A program made the translations under genes and the position numbers. Source: a virus. Taken from it: DNA of 53,083 nt. Positions 1 to 9,656 of this stretch are shown here, in pieces. Location of the stretch: the IMG/VR virus record IMGVR_UViG_3300029258_001854; one strand, 5' to 3'. Under the pieces are notes generated by a model. It had not been told where the DNA came from. It did not search any database and was given only the letters and a program-made list of their open reading frames with translations. Numbering within the stretch: the stretch's first letter is position 1; the number at the start of each line of letters is the position of its first letter.

Positions 1-515
1 ACAATATTTCCATTTGCATCAGAGTTCAAAAAAGCAGACTGCTTCTTAGCAAGCTTTTCAAGATACCCAAAGCAATTATCGCCAGGTTCAGGTGCTAAGT
101 CAGAATCATTTTTAGTAAATTTAGCACCATCAGTCAGATCAATAACATCAATAGAGGAATCAATGTGTTTAACTACAGCTTCAATAACCTGCTTAAGAGT
201 GGAATCGCCATTTATATCATTTAAAGTGTCAATTGAAGAGTCAACAATATCTGCTGTTAAATCTCTTCCTGCTATTGTTATGTTGTGGCTAGTGGCTGCA
301 CCGTCACCCTGTATGACCTCAACATAGCCAGTAGTGACTAATTCACCATCAACATAAACAGAGCATTCATCATCCATTTTTACAGGAATGACTCTATTGC
401 CCTCAGGGCTTGTCTTAAATGAAAAGCTATTACACAAATTGTCAATGCTAGTTTTAACTGTAGCAGAGAGAAAGTTTGTATACCTTCTTCCATTTATTTC
501 AAGCGTTATAATCAT
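1..515 (-). CDS. Baseplate hub protein (Mu gp44/gpP-like), 5' part; continues across the circular junction into 52336..52939 (about 372 aa in total)
   Basis: ATG at 515-513 overlaps the upstream stop (TCAT at 512-515 = ATGA on the minus strand). My hand translation of the minus strand from 515 to 121 has no stop (MIITLEINGRRYTNFLSATVK...DLTDGAK). The frame matches tracked ORF 52336..52968 through the 144-bp overlap. The position fits Mu gene order. Confidence 0.8.
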   Translation of the reverse strand, partial: MIITLEINGRRYTNFLSATVKTSIDNLCNSFSFKTSPEGNRVIPVKMDDECSVYVDGELVTTGYVEVIQGDGAATSHNITIAGRDLTADIVDSSIDTLNDINGDSTLKQVIEAVVKHIDSSIDVIDLTDGAKFTKNDSDLAPEPGDNCFGYLEKLAKKQSAFLNSDANGNI

Positions 516-1738
516 GAGGTGAATACTTTTACAACACCGCTCATATTTATTCCATATGAGTCATTAAGATCTGCTATAGCATCTGCTTCGGAATCACTAC
601 CATAGTATCTGTATGCTAATGTTCTTGAACTCGTAAGGGGAACTTCAACTTCAACAACTCTAGCAGCAACCAATCTTCTACTTTGGAAAAGCTGTCTGAT
701 TCTGTCTCTTCCATCAAGAATTGTCGGTATAATGGAAAGATCCTTATCTCCATTTTCCATTATCAAATTGAACTGATCATCAAGAATTTGCTCGATTTCA
801 TCAATGTCACTAAGAGTCTTGAGATCCAAGTTTGCTGCGTGCTGATATGCAGAAGTCAGAGCAAGGCCATTTATACTGGTATTTATTGTTCTGTTATTCT
901 TGTTTATTGCTGCAGCAGCATTTGTTCCAAAGCTAAGCTCAAGATCTGTGAGGAATCCGAAGCCAAAGAATGTCCTAAAGGACTCAAAACCAGATACAGC
1001 TGTTGCAACAGTTCCATTTATTGTAGCAAAAACATTTGTTACTGCATTTGCAAATGCTTGAGGAGCAGAAGCTAAAACTGCAATGTTTTCCTGTATCTCA
1101 GCAATTTGAGAGGTCACATCAGCAACTGCATCTTCAACTAGCTGAACAGCTTCACCAACTTCTTCTATTGCATCTCCAACTCTTGTTGCTGCTTCTTTGA
1201 GGTCATTGTATACACCAAGCAATCCTGTATCAGCTTCAAGATTTTCAGCTAAGTCAGTATTTGCATTAGCATTGGCAATTTCCTGTGTATTATTTAGAGA
1301 TGCCGCCTCAGCAACATCCTCTGCAATTACACCATCAAAATTGGAAACCTGAAATGTTACAGTCAGGCCACCCTTGCCAATTGACTCATCACTTTCATCA
1401 AGTGACCAATCTACGGCCTTTATATCAGTTAAAGCACCAAAAGTTGGATGAACTAGTAATCCCTTACCTGGAGAGTTAAGAGCATCTATTACATAGTCTC
1501 TCTCTGAAATATAGTCAGGCTGCTCTCCAGTTCCAACAGCATCAAATGGCTGTATACAGCCCTTTATCTTGTATGTGCTAAGTTTACTTCCAAGCTCTTC
1601 AATAGTTTGTTTTGAGCTATTAGCAATCTTGTGTATTGCTACTTCAGTACCACCATCTGTGGTATATGAGTATGCATACCACTGCACACCCTTGTATTGC
1701 ACAGGGAATAGATACTCTGAACCTTGTACAGTTGCCAT
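512..1738 (-). CDS. DNA circulation protein-like tail protein (Mu gpN-like)
   Basis: Tracked ORF 512..1747. The ATG at 1738 forms TAATG with the tape-measure stop; 1747 is a TTG alternative. The N-terminus (FPVQYKGVQWYAY...IHKIANSSKQTIEELG) resembles the gpN family, and the gene sits between the tape measure and the hub. Confidence 0.65.
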   Translation of the reverse strand: MATVQGSEYLFPVQYKGVQWYAYSYTTDGGTEVAIHKIANSSKQTIEELGSKLSTYKIKGCIQPFDAVGTGEQPDYISERDYVIDALNSPGKGLLVHPTFGALTDIKAVDWSLDESDESIGKGGLTVTFQVSNFDGVIAEDVAEAASLNNTQEIANANANTDLAENLEADTGLLGVYNDLKEAATRVGDAIEEVGEAVQLVEDAVADVTSQIAEIQENIAVLASAPQAFANAVTNVFATINGTVATAVSGFESFRTFFGFGFLTDLELSFGTNAAAAINKNNRTINTSINGLALTSAYQHAANLDLKTLSDIDEIEQILDDQFNLIMENGDKDLSIIPTILDGRDRIRQLFQSRRLVAARVVEVEVPLTSSRTLAYRYYGSDSEADAIADLNDSYGINMSGVVKVFTS

Positions 1739-3159
1739 TAGTACCAACCAGCAGGGCTCATGTTTTGCCCTGTATTGAAGTCAACACCGCCTTCAGATGA
1801 TGTGCCTTCAACCATTCCACCAGGATCTCGAATGTCAATGACGCCTTCCCACTGATGGCGCCATCTTCTTTCATCCCAAAGGCCAAGTGCTGATCCACCT
1901 TCTCTAATAAGGCCAACAACTGACAATGTCTCAGCATCCCAGACCATGTCAATGAACTGGTTCCACTTTCTCTTTAAATATTCAATCCCTGAGTCAATAA
2001 AAGAAAGTATATTCTGGAAATTAGCAACAACAAGCCAAAGTGATGCAATTATAAGAGCAGGCCATCCAAAGACTGCCATAAATCCAACATTGAGAACTGC
2101 AAGAACCAACTGGAGGCCAGCAAACATAACACTCAGACTGCCAATAAGACCAATTAGTATTGGAGTCAGAAGCACAAGAAGAGAGAAGTAAGACACAAGT
2201 GTCATTATTGACTCATACTTCTCAGGATTTTTCTGGAAGTTATCAATGAATTCTTTTAGCTGATCATTAAGAAACTTCAATGTATCCTTGATCTTAAATG
2301 TCTTATCAAGAGCGCCACCCCAAATGATTCCAACTCGAATCATATTATCCTGAAGGTTTGTGAACTGACCAGGGAGGGTGTTGTTGAGCTCCTCCATGAT
2401 CTTATGAAATCTTCCACCTTCTTCAGTCAAGTCTCTCATTATGGTAAGAATGAACTCAGCAGGTATCATTCTCTCAGAGACAGCCTTCATGACATCACCC
2501 ATGGGTAGATCAACCCCATGGATTTCCTTTACCTTTTCTCTGACCATTCTACGAATGCCAACACCAGCAGCTTCTAACTGCCTAGCATCCTGACCCTGAA
2601 GGAATCCTGTGCTCTTGACCTGACCAACAGCAAGTGCAATTCTTCCAATATCAGCACCAGTACCAGAAGAAATTTCACCAACCATTCTTACAGTATCAAG
2701 AATCTGGTCAGATTCAATACCGTATGCCAAAAGAGTCTTGGCAGTTTGCTGAACTTTGGGAATGGTGAATGGCGTTGTTGCAGCAAATGCCATCAAATCC
2801 TTATTGAGGGTTTGACCAATTTCCCTGTTTCCAGTCAATACGCCAAAGCTTGTCTCCATCATAACATTTTGCCCATATTGCTGTAATGCTTTAAACATTA
2901 GCAATGCTGGACCCATGCTTCTGACAAGAGTTCCCATCTGATTATTCAGAAATGAAGTATTTTTGCCAACCTTTCGAAGTGCTCTGCCAAACTTAAGACT
3001 AGCTTTTTCAGAATCGTTAAAGGTTTTGGCTAACTGCTTTCCAGTGACACGGAGCTTTCGCATCTTAACACTAAGCATGCTAGTAGCACGCGCAACCTTA
3101 TTTGCAACACGTGTGTACCTATCTTTAAGTACAATTGTATACTTTACATTTCTAGGCAT
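1738..3159 (-). CDS. Tail tape measure protein
   Basis: 473 aa, immediately after the frameshifted chaperone pair. It has a long hydrophobic block (LVSYFSLLVLLTPILIGLIGSLSVMFAGLQLVLAVL...). Its ATG overlaps the stop of the frameshift product (TAATG at 3161-3157). Confidence 0.8.
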   Translation of the reverse strand: MPRNVKYTIVLKDRYTRVANKVARATSMLSVKMRKLRVTGKQLAKTFNDSEKASLKFGRALRKVGKNTSFLNNQMGTLVRSMGPALLMFKALQQYGQNVMMETSFGVLTGNREIGQTLNKDLMAFAATTPFTIPKVQQTAKTLLAYGIESDQILDTVRMVGEISSGTGADIGRIALAVGQVKSTGFLQGQDARQLEAAGVGIRRMVREKVKEIHGVDLPMGDVMKAVSERMIPAEFILTIMRDLTEEGGRFHKIMEELNNTLPGQFTNLQDNMIRVGIIWGGALDKTFKIKDTLKFLNDQLKEFIDNFQKNPEKYESIMTLVSYFSLLVLLTPILIGLIGSLSVMFAGLQLVLAVLNVGFMAVFGWPALIIASLWLVVANFQNILSFIDSGIEYLKRKWNQFIDMVWDAETLSVVGLIREGGSALGLWDERRWRHQWEGVIDIRDPGGMVEGTSSEGGVDFNTGQNMSPAGWY

Positions 3160-3787
3160 TATCTACGTTTTCTTGTTGCTTTCTTCATTTCAGAATTTCG
3201 CTTTGTAAGGATTCTCTCAACTTCATCTCTTACAATTAGAAACTCATCAAAATGAAGATCCATAAGATCGTTTATAGTGAACGCTTCACAAGCAGTTATG
3301 ATTCGAACACACTCTCTCAAGTAGAGTTCTGAATCGACTTCATAGCTGATTTCATGATAAAAAAAGCGACATACTCTCCAATCAATTTTTCAAGCTCTTC
3401 GACAGGCAAGCGATCAAGTATTACTGAATTTGCTTCTTTGACACCATCTACTTTGCAAAGGCCATTTGCAATCAATTTTCGGCCAAGTTCGATAAACTCA
3501 TCATACTCAACCCTAGTTGATTGCATGATTACGAATAGGACTTCTTCACCATTAATATCGAAATCATCACCTTCTGTTTCTGACTTCCTTGCTTCAGCAG
3601 CTTCCTTTTGGCTATCGCTAATTTCTTCAATTCCAGGCATGGATCTGAAGAACATCTGCTTCAACTTTGTAACATCTTTGCGATGCTTACCCTTTGGAGC
3701 CGTGCAAACAAGAACTTCGCCTTCAACCTGTTCCCCCTGATCCGCGTACTCAACAGGCTGGCTAAGTTTGTATTCCAAAGTCTTCAC
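3159..3787 (-). CDS. Tail assembly chaperone, -1 frameshifted long product (about 209 aa)
   Basis: Hand translation: after GCT TTT TTT (3367-3359), a -1 slip opens a stop-free 66-codon frame (YHEISYEVDSELYLRECVRIITACEAFTINDLMDLHFDEFLIVRDEVERILTKRNSEMKKATRKRR). It ends at a TAA at 3161-3159 that overlaps the tape-measure ATG. Confidence 0.8.
3317..3787 (-). CDS. Tail assembly chaperone, zero-frame short product
   Basis: 156-aa acidic protein between the tube and tape-measure genes. It contains a T7 slippery run near its 3' end. Confidence 0.8.
   Translation of the reverse strand: MKTLEYKLSQPVEYADQGEQVEGEVLVCTAPKGKHRKDVTKLKQMFFRSMPGIEEISDSQKEAAEARKSETEGDDFDINGEEVLFVIMQSTRVEYDEFIELGRKLIANGLCKVDGVKEANSVILDRLPVEELEKLIGEYVAFFIMKSAMKSIQNST
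3359..3365 (-). promoter_or_regulatory. Slippery heptamer T TTT TTT for programmed -1 ribosomal frameshifting
   Basis: A7 on the plus strand at 3359-3365 is U7 in the minus-strand mRNA. It lies in the zero frame as GC[T TTT TTT] ATC. Confidence 0.75.
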
Positions 3788-3795
3788 TTTTTACC

Positions 3796-4185
3796 TCATG
3801 TTGTGGGCAGAGCCCTGAATTCAATAGTAATAGAAGAATCAGGTCCAAGTGCAACTTCATAGTCAGTTATGAGTGCAGCTCGACTGAATGTGCGCGTTAT
3901 CGTACCATCAGCATTCTTGCCAATGATCTGCACAACATTATTGTTCTGATTGAGCTTCCATGTCTTCGCAAGCTCAATAAGTTCAATAACAGAAGGCATA
4001 TCAGCGCGGACCATAGAGAAGGCAGTACTGAGGTCATTAGAATAAATGGCCTCAACTTCACCACCACCAACGGAAGCAGCCCTCATTGTCTGCTCACCAA
4101 GCCCTTCTGTGAACGCCACACTATCAGGCATCACAGGGATGGGCTCATCATTAACGATGAATGTTGCGTCAGTTAACTGAATCAT
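3796..4185 (-). CDS. Tail tube protein
   Basis: 129 aa, directly downstream of the sheath gene and upstream of the chaperone, matching myovirus/Mu gene order. Confidence 0.7.
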   Translation of the reverse strand: MIQLTDATFIVNDEPIPVMPDSVAFTEGLGEQTMRAASVGGGEVEAIYSNDLSTAFSMVRADMPSVIELIELAKTWKLNQNNNVVQIIGKNADGTITRTFSRAALITDYEVALGPDSSITIEFRALPTT

Positions 4186-4189
4186 TTAA

Positions 4190-5806
4190 TCACCCCTGGG
4201 TGCTAAAGGCAATCTGAATCGTGCCTATGATATTTCGGACCTGTGTTATGATCGGAACCTTCATGTTGACTGTGATTGTTCCGGTGAGCAGATTCAAGAC
4301 AACAACTCTGTTGTTCTTGAAAAAGTCAGTTGCTGCCTGACCACCCTGGAGGAGCAAAAGCTCAGGTCTTGTCTGATCACCATACAGTCTGTCTGTATAG
4401 CCTTCAAACGTAGCCTGATTGACCATGTCTCTGCCTCTCTGAACATTCCCTTCAGTCAAACGAGACTGGGCATATCTCTTCTTGTAGTTATTGAAGAAAT
4501 ACTCACGAGAATTAGAGATTGTATCAACATAGTTGAGGTACTTGAAAGAAGGATCAGGATTACCAGCAGGATCAGTCTTGAACGTAGTCAAAACTTCACC
4601 GACTATTGCATTCGTTCCTGTTCTATTTGTTCCAAGTACTGTTCCACCAACTGCCTTTATGTTTTCAATTTCTATTGCAGTAAAGCCGTGTGCGTTTCCT
4701 GCATAAGTAGTTGAAAGCTGAGGGGCATTAGTATTGTGATAAGGCAGAGTTGCTGTGGAAGGTCCACCAAACTGATCTCCAGAAGCGTTTGTTGTAACAT
4801 ATCTGGAAATAGATGCATTAGGTGTCAGCCTAAGCGATCTAACAGCAGCAAGGAAAGTGGCTTGAATTATTCCAGAATTCCTATTTGCAGGACCAAAATA
4901 CTGATCGTCAGTTGCAGTAGCACCAAGATCCTCATCGCAAATCACAACATCAGACTTGAAATTTCGGCTTGTAAGGTGGCTTATTACAGTAGTTTCAGTT
5001 CCAACGAAATCACTAAAGCAAACGCCATCAAGAACCTGATTATTGACATTGAATCTGTCTTCAAGCCAATTCTGAGCAGCAGTTCCCAAAGATCCAGGGC
5101 AAACAACACCTTGATATCTAGTGTTTACTGCAGGTGTAAACTGAGCAGCAACTAAAGTAGGATCTGTTGCACCTGGTGTTGTTCTCGCAATAGTAGCAGT
5201 TAGTCCATTTATGATTCCTAATGCGGCTCCATTCAGCTTTATGCCAAAAGGAAGATTCCCCCAAGTACCAGCATTCTTACAATCAGCTGTAAGCTGGTTT
5301 GTAGTAGGAACAACAGGAATTGTAAAGGGCGAATTAACATCACCATTGATCTTATTGTAAATCTTTGTGATGATATCAGCTGCAGCCTCACCATTGCTAA
5401 CACTTACTGTGTAACGATAGTCATTAGCACTACCAGCAATAACTTCAATTGTTCCTGATTCAGTAGGAGTACCACTAAGAGTTATTCGGTATTCTGTGCT
5501 AGTGGTGCCATTATCAGCAAGAGGTATTGCATCAAGTGCAACTTGAGGTGCAACCTGCTTGAACTTTCTCACCATAATGGCAAGCTGAGATCCAGCACCA
5601 AAGAGATCATTCTCCTGACCAGCATTACCAATATTAGTATTGATAGTAGGCGATACAGCTGTGGAAGGAGTGGCCGACCCTGCACCACTACCAGATGTTA
5701 CCATCTGACCAATCAACAGAACTCTCTGCGGAGCATTTTCAACAGGAACATCAGCACTGATAATGCTCAAGCTGACATTCGGTTCGTCAATGACATTATC
5801 AGCCAT
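4190..5806 (-). CDS. Contractile tail sheath protein
   Basis: 538 aa. Its size and position ahead of the tube gene fit a sheath; the rest of the module is Mu-like. Confidence 0.8.
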   Translation of the reverse strand: MADNVIDEPNVSLSIISADVPVENAPQRVLLIGQMVTSGSGAGSATPSTAVSPTINTNIGNAGQENDLFGAGSQLAIMVRKFKQVAPQVALDAIPLADNGTTSTEYRITLSGTPTESGTIEVIAGSANDYRYTVSVSNGEAAADIITKIYNKINGDVNSPFTIPVVPTTNQLTADCKNAGTWGNLPFGIKLNGAALGIINGLTATIARTTPGATDPTLVAAQFTPAVNTRYQGVVCPGSLGTAAQNWLEDRFNVNNQVLDGVCFSDFVGTETTVISHLTSRNFKSDVVICDEDLGATATDDQYFGPANRNSGIIQATFLAAVRSLRLTPNASISRYVTTNASGDQFGGPSTATLPYHNTNAPQLSTTYAGNAHGFTAIEIENIKAVGGTVLGTNRTGTNAIVGEVLTTFKTDPAGNPDPSFKYLNYVDTISNSREYFFNNYKKRYAQSRLTEGNVQRGRDMVNQATFEGYTDRLYGDQTRPELLLLQGGQAATDFFKNNRVVVLNLLTGTITVNMKVPIITQVRNIIGTIQIAFSTQG

Positions 5807-5993
5807 CGTTCTCTTCCCCCTCGTTCACTTCTTCAATGTTTTCTTCGACGACAATCTCGCAATTGCCATCTTCATCAGCTTCACGCAGCTTCTTTGCCCA
5901 ATACAACTTATATTGGTAAGTAAGTGTGTCAGTATCTATTATCTGATCTTTACTGTATACAGGATGATGCTCCTGTAAAACTCTGATCTTCAC
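5799..5993 (-). CDS. Hypothetical small acidic protein
   Basis: 64-aa ORF tightly packed between two late genes, with overlapping junctions. Confidence 0.4.
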   Translation of the reverse strand: MKIRVLQEHHPVYSKDQIIDTDTLTYQYKLYWAKKLREADEDGNCEIVVEENIEEVNEGEENDG

Positions 5994-7096
5994 AACGGAA
6001 CCTCATCCAAGTTTATGCTTGCATCTGCCGTTACTGTACCATCAGTAATAGTAGAAGTGCTAAGGTTAGGATCTACAAACATGTTTATATTTCTGAATGC
6101 AACATCATTGCTATATCCAGATGTATCTCCAAAGCTAAGCTCTTCATCAGCCTCGAAAACAAATTCATGAGCATAATAAGAGCCATCATATTCCATTGTG
6201 CCATGCTGAACAAAAACTAATGGATGGCTTCTGCCATACACAGTTTCATTATCAAATTCATGGAACAGCAATGTCTTGTTAAGAGCAAGCGCAACATCTT
6301 CCATATTGTCTCTCGTTGCGCGCACACCTATCTCATCATTTGGATTTGACATATAGTAGATATTAACAATTTTTTGGTTCTGCTGTCTAAAGAAGTATCC
6401 GCGATCAATAACAGCAGTAAGATCACTATTGTTTATTCTGCTTTTAGAAGCAGTAGTCTGGCCAAGAACAACTGCTATGAAGCCTTTATCTCTAGGCTGT
6501 GCAGTGAATGCTTCTTTCGCAACTTCATATGTAGCTGCTCCTGATATTGCAATATTATACTGTACAAACCCACCGACAGAAGTAGACCCATCAATTGCAT
6601 TAGGAGCAGAAACTGTAAAAGTTGTTGTATCCACGACAGAAGCAATTTGGAAAAGTCCATTATAAGACTGGTCATATCGCTCAGCGTGAATTACTTCACC
6701 ATCAGAAGCACTGGTTTCAACAACAGGGGCTGTGTATTCAACCCTTATTGTTCTTCTGTTCTCTATTTGCTCAACTTTATGGGTGCCGTTAAACTCAGCA
6801 ACAGTGCAATTCTGTATTGTAAGGTTTACAGCAATCTTTCCTGTCAAATCATGATCTACTGCAGTAACAATTCGCAGTATATTGTCAACTCTTGTTATTG
6901 ATGCAATATTCACAGGAGTTACAATTCCAGTTGTGCTAACTCCCTTGCCTACTGTCAGCCCATGAGGCGTAGTAGTCTGAATGGTAAGCACACCAGAAGA
7001 TGCTTGAACAGACTGAACATTAAGAGTGCTGCTCATAGCCTGTGTATGGCGAGGCAACTCTTGTATCAATCTTGTTATGACTTGCAGTGCTTTCAA
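5990..7096 (-). CDS. Hypothetical virion-associated protein
   Basis: 368-aa ORF between the tail-completion and sheath genes. I recognise no motif. Confidence 0.55.
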   Translation of the reverse strand: MKALQVITRLIQELPRHTQAMSSTLNVQSVQASSGVLTIQTTTPHGLTVGKGVSTTGIVTPVNIASITRVDNILRIVTAVDHDLTGKIAVNLTIQNCTVAEFNGTHKVEQIENRRTIRVEYTAPVVETSASDGEVIHAERYDQSYNGLFQIASVVDTTTFTVSAPNAIDGSTSVGGFVQYNIAISGAATYEVAKEAFTAQPRDKGFIAVVLGQTTASKSRINNSDLTAVIDRGYFFRQQNQKIVNIYYMSNPNDEIGVRATRDNMEDVALALNKTLLFHEFDNETVYGRSHPLVFVQHGTMEYDGSYYAHEFVFEADEELSFGDTSGYSNDVAFRNINMFVDPNLSTSTITDGTVTADASINLDEVPL

Positions 7097-7105
7097 AACT
7101 AAAAT

Positions 7106-7558
7106 TCACTTTTGACTTATAGCTGAGTTGAAATAGCTTTCAAAATCAACATCTTCTATGTTCTTTTCAATAGAAGGTCTACTTTCTATTCTGGAGCTAC
7201 CTTCTTCAATGGATTGGGCATACTCATATGCTTCACCATACCAGTGTGTTATACCATAGCCAATTTGCAGGCCATTGACGCCGTTTGTTTTCCACGATAG
7301 AGATTTCTTCAACGCCTGAGATTCATTGGCATGGGCATTACCAGGAGCAGATCGCTTCACATGCCGTCCAAGGTAATGATTGAAATATCTTCTTCCGTGG
7401 GTTCTAGGTGTCTTATTGATATCATTGATTATCTTTCCCTTGAGCTTTCTACCCATACTATGGAGTGTCTTCTTGACAGCCTTCTCCATATGCTCATCTA
7501 TATTGATAATCTCTTGGTATTCAGAATCATCAACAACTTGATATATTACAGAACTCAT
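7106..7558 (-). CDS. Tail completion/neck protein (HK97 gp10-like, tentative)
   Basis: 150 aa. Position after the head-tail adaptor. The C-terminal YAQSIEEGSSRIESRP resembles the gp10-family YA..vE.G motif. Confidence 0.45.
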   Translation of the reverse strand: MSSVIYQVVDDSEYQEIINIDEHMEKAVKKTLHSMGRKLKGKIINDINKTPRTHGRRYFNHYLGRHVKRSAPGNAHANESQALKKSLSWKTNGVNGLQIGYGITHWYGEAYEYAQSIEEGSSRIESRPSIEKNIEDVDFESYFNSAISQK

Positions 7559-7929
7559 CTCTTGCCTGCATTCGTAGGGCCTCTGAAGCTACACTCAAGT
7601 TTTGTGTACTCACCTCTTTCAGAGACATTCATTACACGCTCTATCTTTAGCCTGCTACCATCAGTTTTCTGTATAAAATACTCAGTTGTAACTTCAGAGC
7701 GGTATCTAATTATCACCTCATCTGTGATCAGAGTCTCCCTTCCAGTCTGATCAAGTACATACCTGCCTCTAATGGGTCTTATAGCAGCCCATATGGCAGT
7801 ATTTTCAAACGCCTCATCAAAATCAACAGAACCAAAAACCGGAGGCACAATTGTGCGGTCTTGTAAGAGGACTCTTTCACTCAAGTCCCCAATTTCATAC
7901 CCGTCGTGTGTCAGTTTCTTTTTCTGCAT
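7555..7929 (-). CDS. Head-tail adaptor / head closure protein
   Basis: 124 aa with the pattern ...IWAAIRPIRGRYVLDQTGRETLITDEVIIRYRSEV..., typical of the SPP1 gp16-type head closure family. ATGA overlap with the next gene. Confidence 0.65.
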   Translation of the reverse strand: MQKKKLTHDGYEIGDLSERVLLQDRTIVPPVFGSVDFDEAFENTAIWAAIRPIRGRYVLDQTGRETLITDEVIIRYRSEVTTEYFIQKTDGSRLKIERVMNVSERGEYTKLECSFRGPTNAGKR

Positions 7930-7988
7930 AATAATAGTGGGACGCCCAGCGCACGGAACTGAGCGCCCCGAGCTATCAGGGGATAGCC

Positions 7989-8525
7989 CTATACATTGGG
8001 AATAGCCGATGCAAGATAGAATCGAGTTCTATCATAATCGTTTGAATCATCACCTCGATTCTCATATTCCCAACTGATATGCCGAAGCATATCTTGTTTG
8101 ACTACAGGAAGCATAGCATGTGCGGAAGTGTTAAACGCAATTCTGATTGGCTCCACTGTTTCCTTCACCTGTTTTGGCCATGACTGATCATATGCCAAAA
8201 CAACCTCAGATTGCAGTGTTTCCTTTTTGAGCTCATATGTGGAAGATGGGACAATAACAACGCTATTATCAGTACTCACATAATCTATTTGAAGAACCTG
8301 TGAAACAGGATTCCGATTCAAAACAGCATCAAAACAATCAGTAAAGCCATACCACTGGTTTGGCCTTAACTCACGTCTAGTATGCGCTTCTGCAAACAGC
8401 GTTACTTGACTTATGATATTGGTTATTACAGAGTCGTCTGCCGTAGTATCCACTTTCATGAAGAGTTTGGCTTCTGAAAGGGTGACAGGAGGAGGTCCGT
8501 AATTTACAATCTCATATCGTACCAT
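7989..8525 (-). CDS. Head-tail connector protein (gp6-like)
   Basis: The N-terminus (VTLSEAKLFMKVDTTADDSVITNIISQVTLFAEAHT) matches the gp6-like connector signature. Confidence 0.6.
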   Translation of the reverse strand: MVRYEIVNYGPPPVTLSEAKLFMKVDTTADDSVITNIISQVTLFAEAHTRRELRPNQWYGFTDCFDAVLNRNPVSQVLQIDYVSTDNSVVIVPSSTYELKKETLQSEVVLAYDQSWPKQVKETVEPIRIAFNTSAHAMLPVVKQDMLRHISWEYENRGDDSNDYDRTRFYLASAIPNV

Positions 8526-8580
8526 CTGTAGTCCCGCGCAAAGTGCGATTAGTCATTACACGAATGACAAATCAGTCGCA

Positions 8581-8796
8581 TCAGCCCTTTGCCTTCCTAG
8601 CTGCTTTCTTTGCAGTCTTGGCAGGCTTACTTGCTTTTTCGACAATTGCTTCTGCACCACCGCCATTGATGATACTCTCAGCCCAAACCTCAGGCAGATC
8701 AATCTCTTGACCTTCACTGAGCTCAATCTGAGCAGTACCAGCACTAGTCGGATGTGCATAGCGCCCAGTTCTAAGCATTTTGATCTTCATGATCAA
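8581..8796 (-). CDS. Hypothetical small head-module protein with a Lys/Ala-rich tail
   Basis: 71-aa ORF downstream of the capsid-associated genes. A 6-bp hairpin (8552-8568) follows it. Confidence 0.45.
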   Translation of the reverse strand: MIMKIKMLRTGRYAHPTSAGTAQIELSEGQEIDLPEVWAESIINGGGAEAIVEKASKPAKTAKKAARKAKG

Positions 8797-8801
8797 AAGT
8801 C

Positions 8802-9224
8802 TCAGGTATTCTGAGCATCAGTCGGCACAGTCTGGGGATTACCAAGAATGGCAGTCACACCAAACACTCCAGCCGTAATTGTGCCAGACTCTGTGGCAAC
8901 AAGTCTCTGATGCCGCTCCTTGCCGATCGAGCCAACCCGAAACACTGCATTTGTATCAGCAATTGAAATGGTGGGAAGGGTGCCAAGCGTCTCGGCTGCG
9001 GGAACCGCAGTCCAAACACCAGTCGGCGAGCCTGTGCCATCATCGGGCGACTGCTCGATCGTGACATCAAAGCCACCACCGACCATTGCCGTTCCAACGT
9101 GGCAAATGTACTCAATGCTCTCGAAACCCTTGGTGTCAATTGGAGCACTGGTCTGTGTACCAGTGTGCGCAGCAGCCGGAATGGCATGGACAGCAAGGAT
9201 GCTGTTGTGGATATCATATTCCAT
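8802..9224 (-). CDS. Head-associated protein, paralogue B
   Basis: 140 aa. It aligns by eye with 9237..9656 (IDTKGFESI / VTIEQSPDDG...VPAAETLGTLP / VGSIGKERHQR). Confidence 0.6.
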   Translation of the reverse strand: MEYDIHNSILAVHAIPAAAHTGTQTSAPIDTKGFESIEYICHVGTAMVGGGFDVTIEQSPDDGTGSPTGVWTAVPAAETLGTLPTISIADTNAVFRVGSIGKERHQRLVATESGTITAGVFGVTAILGNPQTVPTDAQNT

Positions 9225-9236
9225 TTTTTTGTTCCT

Positions 9237-9656
9237 TTAAGGGGTGTGTTCACCCTTTAGAAGTATGATTGTAATTCCACCGGTCCAAATCATATCACCA
9301 TTTACAGAGTCGTAAAAATAACCACGAAGGTATCTCTTTTTACCAATATAACCGGCGAAAGCTCTGCTAACAGAACCAATAGATATAAGCACATCAGGAC
9401 CGGGCAAAGACCCATTCAACTCATTAGAAGGCACATCTGTGAATGTGGCAGGATCATCAGAATCTGAATGTTGTATGGTCAGCCTAGCACCGTCACCAGG
9501 GAGAACTGTTTCCCCGCTAATTATGGAGCCAGTAATGGTCACCAATACACCGTCAAACTTGGCAGTATCAATTATTTCGCCGGCAGAGGGCAACACATCA
9601 ACACCATCAAGAGTGACGCCGTATGAAGCGCCCGATTTTACATCATATTCAGCCAT
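9237..9656 (-). CDS. Head-associated protein, paralogue A (decoration/cement candidate)
   Basis: 139 aa directly after the major capsid gene (IDTAKFDGV / LTIQHSDSDD...VPSNELNGSLP / AGYIGKKRYLR). Confidence 0.6.
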   Translation of the reverse strand: MAEYDVKSGASYGVTLDGVDVLPSAGEIIDTAKFDGVLVTITGSIISGETVLPGDGARLTIQHSDSDDPATFTDVPSNELNGSLPGPDVLISIGSVSRAFAGYIGKKRYLRGYFYDSVNGDMIWTGGITIILLKGEHTP

